From the NCBI RefSeq assembly GCF_030013205.1, contig NZ_CP122648.1: DNA of 64,000 nucleotides. One strand, 5' to 3'. The DNA is from Escherichia coli (lineage in GTDB: Bacteria > Pseudomonadota > Gammaproteobacteria > Enterobacterales > Enterobacteriaceae). A program made the position numbers and the translations under genes. The notes below the pieces were generated by a model. It was not told where the DNA came from and did not search any database. It was given only the letters and a program-made list of their open reading frames with translations. Below are positions 58,867 to 64,000 of the stretch, piece after piece. Each line of letters begins with the position of its first letter. The first letter of the stretch is position 1.

Positions 58867-59549
58867 TCTGCGGCATCTCCATAAACAGAAGGCAAGTTAA
58901 GTTCTCTTGCACCCTGCGCGCTATTTATCCATGCATACATTTCAGCGTTGCTGTGAATTGCCAGTCGACGCATCGCACTGTTTTTTTGGGCGCTGATAGT
59001 TTTATTACTTTTCTTAAGCAATGAAGCTATCTGGTTGATGCCCCATCCTTTACCTAATAGCCGCAGTACCTTGCGCTCTGAAAGAGTGAGAATGACGGAG
59101 CGATAGCTAAAATCATGAGTTTCAGTCATTGCCGGGGAGGTCAGCATGGCGCTGATACGCTCTGCGTGCGTATTGCCGGAACGTACGGTCTTGACCAGAT
59201 TCTCAATGGGTTCAACATCAGACAATAACGTCGCCGTAGGGCACATGAGCAGTTCTACTGCCTGGGAATACCAGGAGCGTGACACCATGAAAACCCAGTG
59301 AATTTCCCGATATTGTGAGATTAAAGAATAATAATGTTCACAAACAGAACGTGGATCTTCACTTTCACCGGCTAAATCAGCAATGACTAATCCGGAACGA
59401 CGTAATTGTAATAAGGTAAGGTCCTCCGCAGAGGCGCTGGATATTATTTCATATTCAGGGAAGTGAGTCCTCATGACCTCTTTTAACCCTGCTTGCATAA
59501 CAGGTATTTTACTGATAACAATTCCATTTTTGCAGCATCCTGGCAACAT
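58824..59549 (-). CDS. yjjQ: LuxR-type regulator YjjQ
   Basis: 241 aa, [35 protein letters not shown]... Has the Lux[27 protein letters not shown]. Overlaps bglJ as in K-12. Confidence 0.9.
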
Positions 59550-60167
59550 ATTTCCTCCACATCCACTGTCTAAAAATCATGATGGTTTATTCAGGATATT
59601 CATTCCTTAAATGTTTCCAGCAAATTAATAGATTAAGCGAATAAATTATCCTTAGCATTCACTTTCATATCAGCATACTCCTGCTGCACAACAACTCCAC
59701 TGCATGTGTCAGAAGGTTAGCATCAAATGATAACCTGGTGAAATAGCCTGGAGACATTTAAAATATCTACATTAAGTTGTTAGAAATACTTAATGAAAAA
59801 CAGAAATATCATTCATTTAATTTATAATTCAATGATACCTCTTCCCGCAAAATGCAAAATCACACAACCAATATTTATTCAATAAAATCTGATTGTTTTA
59901 ACTTATTGGCATTAAAAAACGCGCCCAGTTATCTATTATCCTGATTCGTAAAGGCCAAACAATAAATTCATTATGGTGATAATATTCATGTGATAATTTG
60001 TTTGCGGCGAGAGATAATTCGCTTTTTATCACCGAGCTTCTCCCGATAACCAGGATTAATCAGCGCAATTTTGATCTTAACCTACCGCAAAACAACCGTG
60101 CTTCATGATACAAATGAATTCTCATTATCTGAACAATACGCAGCACGTCTATGACAAAGGGCGAGTT

Positions 60168-61402
<1,235 letters not shown>

Positions 61403-61508
61403 AATTGCCTCGCTTAAGCACACGGATGAGAGACAGCCTCCTCTCCTCCGTGTGTTACTATAAAAGTTATCTCCCTTCTCGTTCATCGTTCCATATTTGA
61501 GAAACAGT

Positions 61509-62048
61509 ATGTCTTCCAGAGTTTTGACCCCGGACGTCGTTGGTATTGACGCCCTGGTACACGATCACCAAACCGTTCTGGCAAAAGCTGAAGGCGGTGT
61601 GGTTGCCGTATTTGCTAACAATGCCCCGGCGTTTTATGCCGTCACGCCTGCACGCCTGGCTGAACTGCTGGCGCTGGAAGAAAAGCTGGCGCGTCCGGGA
61701 AGCGATGTCGCTCTGGACGATCAACTCTATCAGGAACCGCAAGCCGCTCCCGTTGCTGTCCCCATGGGGAAATTCGCCATGTATCCGGACTGGCAACCCG
61801 ATGCCGACTTTATCCGCCTGGCGGCGCTATGGGGCGTGGCGCTAAGAGAGCCGGTGACCACCGAAGAACTGGCCTCATTCATTGCCTACTGGCAGGCGGA
61901 AGGTAAAGTCTTTCACCATGTGCAGTGGCAACAAAAACTGGCGCGCAGCCTGCAAATCGGTCGTGCCAGCAACGGCGGACTGCCGAAACGAGATGTGAAT
62001 ACGGTCAGCGAACCTGACAGCCAAATTCCACCAGGATTCAGAGGGTAA
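61509..62048 (+). CDS. dnaT: Primosomal protein DnaT
   Basis: ATG at 61509 gives [50 protein letters not shown].. (179 aa). Confidence 0.95.
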
Positions 62049-62050
62049 CG

Positions 62051-62788
62051 ATGAAAAACGTTGGCGACCTGATGCAACGCCTGCAAAAAATGATGCCTGC
62101 CCATATCAAACCTGCATTCAAAACGGGTGAAGAGCTACTGGCCTGGCAGAAAGAACAAGGGGCGATCCGCTCCGCCGCTCTCGAACGTGAAAATCGGGCG
62201 ATGAAAATGCAGCGCACCTTTAACCGCTCCGGTATTCGTCCACTGCATCAGAACTGCTCCTTTGAGAACTATCGCGTTGAGTGTGAAGGGCAGATGAATG
62301 CGTTAAGCAAAGCGCGCCAGTATGTCGAAGAGTTTGACGGCAACATCGCCAGCTTCATCTTTTCTGGTAAGCCAGGAACCGGCAAAAACCATCTGGCGGC
62401 GGCAATCTGCAACGAGCTGCTGCTACGCGGTAAATCCGTATTGATCATCACCGTGGCCGATATTATGTCGGCGATGAAAGATACCTTCAGGAATAGCGGT
62501 ACCAGTGAAGAACAACTGCTTAACGATCTGAGCAACGTTGATCTGCTGGTGATCGATGAGATCGGCGTGCAGACCGAATCGAAATACGAAAAAGTGATCA
62601 TCAACCAGATCGTCGATCGCCGCTCTTCTTCCAAACGCCCAACCGGGATGCTGACCAACAGTAATATGGAAGAGATGACCAAGTTGCTGGGCGAACGCGT
62701 GATGGACCGTATGCGCCTGGGTAACAGTTTGTGGGTGATCTTCAACTGGGATAGCTACCGTAGCCGGGTAACAGGTAAAGAGTATTAA
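62051..62788 (+). CDS. dnaC: Helicase loader DnaC
   Basis: 245 aa, MKNVGDLMQRLQKMMPAHIKPAFKTGEELLAWQKEQGAIRSAALERENRAMKMQRTFNRSGIRPLHQNCSFENY... Has Walker A GKPGTGKNHL. Confidence 0.96.
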   Translation: MKNVGDLMQRLQKMMPAHIKPAFKTGEELLAWQKEQGAIRSAALERENRAMKMQRTFNRSGIRPLHQNCSFENYRVECEGQMNALSKARQYVEEFDGNIASFIFSGKPGTGKNHLAAAICNELLLRGKSVLIITVADIMSAMKDTFRNSGTSEEQLLNDLSNVDLLVIDEIGVQTESKYEKVIINQIVDRRSSSKRPTGMLTNSNMEEMTKLLGERVMDRMRLGNSLWVIFNWDSYRSRVTGKEY

Positions 62789-62833
62789 TCCCCGTTTCTG
62801 GCGGTATACTGCGACACAATTCCACCTTGAGTA

Positions 62834-63331
62834 ATGATGATGAAAACTGTTAAACATCTTCTGTGCTGTGCCATTGCCGCCAGCGCATTAATTTCCACCG
62901 GGGTGCATGCTGCGTCCTGGAAAGATGCGCTCTCCAGCGCCGCCAGCGAACTTGGCAACCAAAACAGCACGACACAGGAAGGCGGTTGGTCGCTCGCGTC
63001 ATTAACTAACTTGCTTAGCAGCGGAAACCAGGCCTTAAGCGCAGATAACATGAACAATGCCGCAGGCATTCTGCAATACTGCGCGAAGCAAAAGCTGGCG
63101 TCGGTAACCGATGCCGAAAACATCAAGAATCAGGTACTGGAAAAACTGGGCCTGAACAGTGAAGAGCAAAAAGAAGACACCAACTATCTGGATGGCATTC
63201 AGGGTTTGCTGAAAACTAAAGATGGTCAGCAACTCAATCTGGATAATATCGGAACGACTCCGCTGGCAGAAAAGGTGAAAACCAAAGCCTGCGATCTGGT
63301 GTTAAAGCAGGGGCTGAACTTCATTTCCTGA
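62834..63331 (+). CDS. yjjA: Secreted protein YjjA (DUF2501)
   Basis: 165 aa, MMMKTVKHLLCCAIAASALISTGVHAASWKDALSSAASELGN... Has a signal peptide. Confidence 0.85.
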   Translation: MMMKTVKHLLCCAIAASALISTGVHAASWKDALSSAASELGNQNSTTQEGGWSLASLTNLLSSGNQALSADNMNNAAGILQYCAKQKLASVTDAENIKNQVLEKLGLNSEEQKEDTNYLDGIQGLLKTKDGQQLNLDNIGTTPLAEKVKTKACDLVLKQGLNFIS

Positions 63332-63584
63332 ACCGCGAAACGCCGCGTTTTAGCTGTTACCCGGCTGACGCGGCTCTCTCCTGCCCTTTTCCCTGCTCCT
63401 GGACGGTTTTCCCCCTGTTACACGGGAAGCGACCGTAATCAAAAAAGTCTGTTTATAAACTAATTCCTAACAACATCGCATTTTTTTGACACTAGAATTG
63501 CAGCAATATGGCGACGCCATTACATTGTGCTTCTCAAAAAGCTTAAACGTTGGCTAAACGGCCCGGTTTAGTGAGGATCGCCCG

Positions 63585-64000
63585 TTGTCAGAACTACTCT
63601 CTTTCGCCCTTTTTCTCGCCTCTGTGCTGATTTACGCATGGAAAGCGGGACGTAACACCTGGTGGTTTGCAGCCACGTTAACGGTGCTGGGGCTATTTGT
63701 CGTTTTAAATATCACCCTGTTTGCCAGCGACTATTTTACTGGCGATGGTATTAACGACGCGGTTCTCTATACCTTAACCAACAGCCTGACCGGTGCTGGT
63801 GTCAGCAAATACATTCTTCCGGGTATCGGCATTGTGCTGGGGCTGACGGCGGTGTTCGGTGCGCTGGGCTGGATCCTGCGCCGTCGTCGCCATCATCCGC
63901 ACCATTTTGGTTACAGCCTGCTGGCACTCTTACTGGCGCTGGGTTCAGTGGATGCCAGCCCGGCATTTCGTCAGATAACGGAACTGGTGAAATCCCAGTC
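63585..64000 (+). CDS. opgB: Phosphoglycerol transferase I OpgB/MdoB (3' end beyond the window)
   Basis: TTG at 63585 gives (M)[63 protein letters not shown]... The frame is open to the window edge, so it is absent from the ORF track. Confidence 0.85.
   Translation, partial: MSELLSFALFLASVLIYAWKAGRNTWWFAATLTVLGLFVVLNITLFASDYFTGDGINDAVLYTLTNSLTGAGVSKYILPGIGIVLGLTAVFGALGWILRRRRHHPHHFGYSLLALLLALGSVDASPAFRQITELVKSQ

Overview
This is Escherichia coli chromosome covering rob to opgB, in reverse orientation to the K-12 map. By my memory of the map it is syntenic with K-12 b4396 down to b4359: rob, gpmB, yjjX, trpR, slt, ettA, nadR, radA, serB, ytjB, lplA, deoDBAC, yjjI, yjjW, yjjV, yjjU, ytjA, osmY, prfC, yjjG, rimI, holD, rsmC, leuVPQ, yjjZ, fhuF, bglJ, yjjQ, yjjP, yjjB, dnaT, dnaC, yjjA and opgB. 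Three accessory segments interrupt the core. (1) A roughly 4 kb metabolic islet lies between ettA and nadR, with LysR, aldo-keto reductase, SDR, SRPBCC and DUF1471 genes plus a decayed OYE gene. (2) A small HTH gene and an AT-rich repeat patch sit where K-12 has yjjJ. (3) A 24.8 kb decayed lambdoid prophage (28680-53506) is integrated into the 5' end of prfC. It is bounded by a 14-bp direct repeat, has a P4-type integrase at one end, and carries a phage-borne surrogate prfC N-terminus at the other. The prophage has lost its replication, head and tail-shaft genes; the scars are a terL'-'J fusion, a rusA stump and a broken tail-fibre gene. It keeps cI/cro immunity, Q, lysis genes, lom and several AT-rich cargo modules. 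The most interesting cargo is a translationally coupled SLATT-like membrane protein and a non-retron reverse transcriptase (29418-31317), preceded by a repeat-rich structured leader. The second candidate is an orphan 313-aa protein plus a 4-TM protein (41768-43156), divergent from a frameshifted AraC regulator and sitting in the Q-to-lysis (stx-type) moron slot. The third is a DUF4365-like nuclease-domain protein next to int (50762-51781). Other cargo includes an Ais/PmrG-like LPS phosphatase, a tRNA-Gly(UCC), a DinI-like gene behind two LexA boxes, and an unannotated 41-codon Cys-rich ORF. All family assignments come from reading motifs and from remembered sequences; no database search was run.
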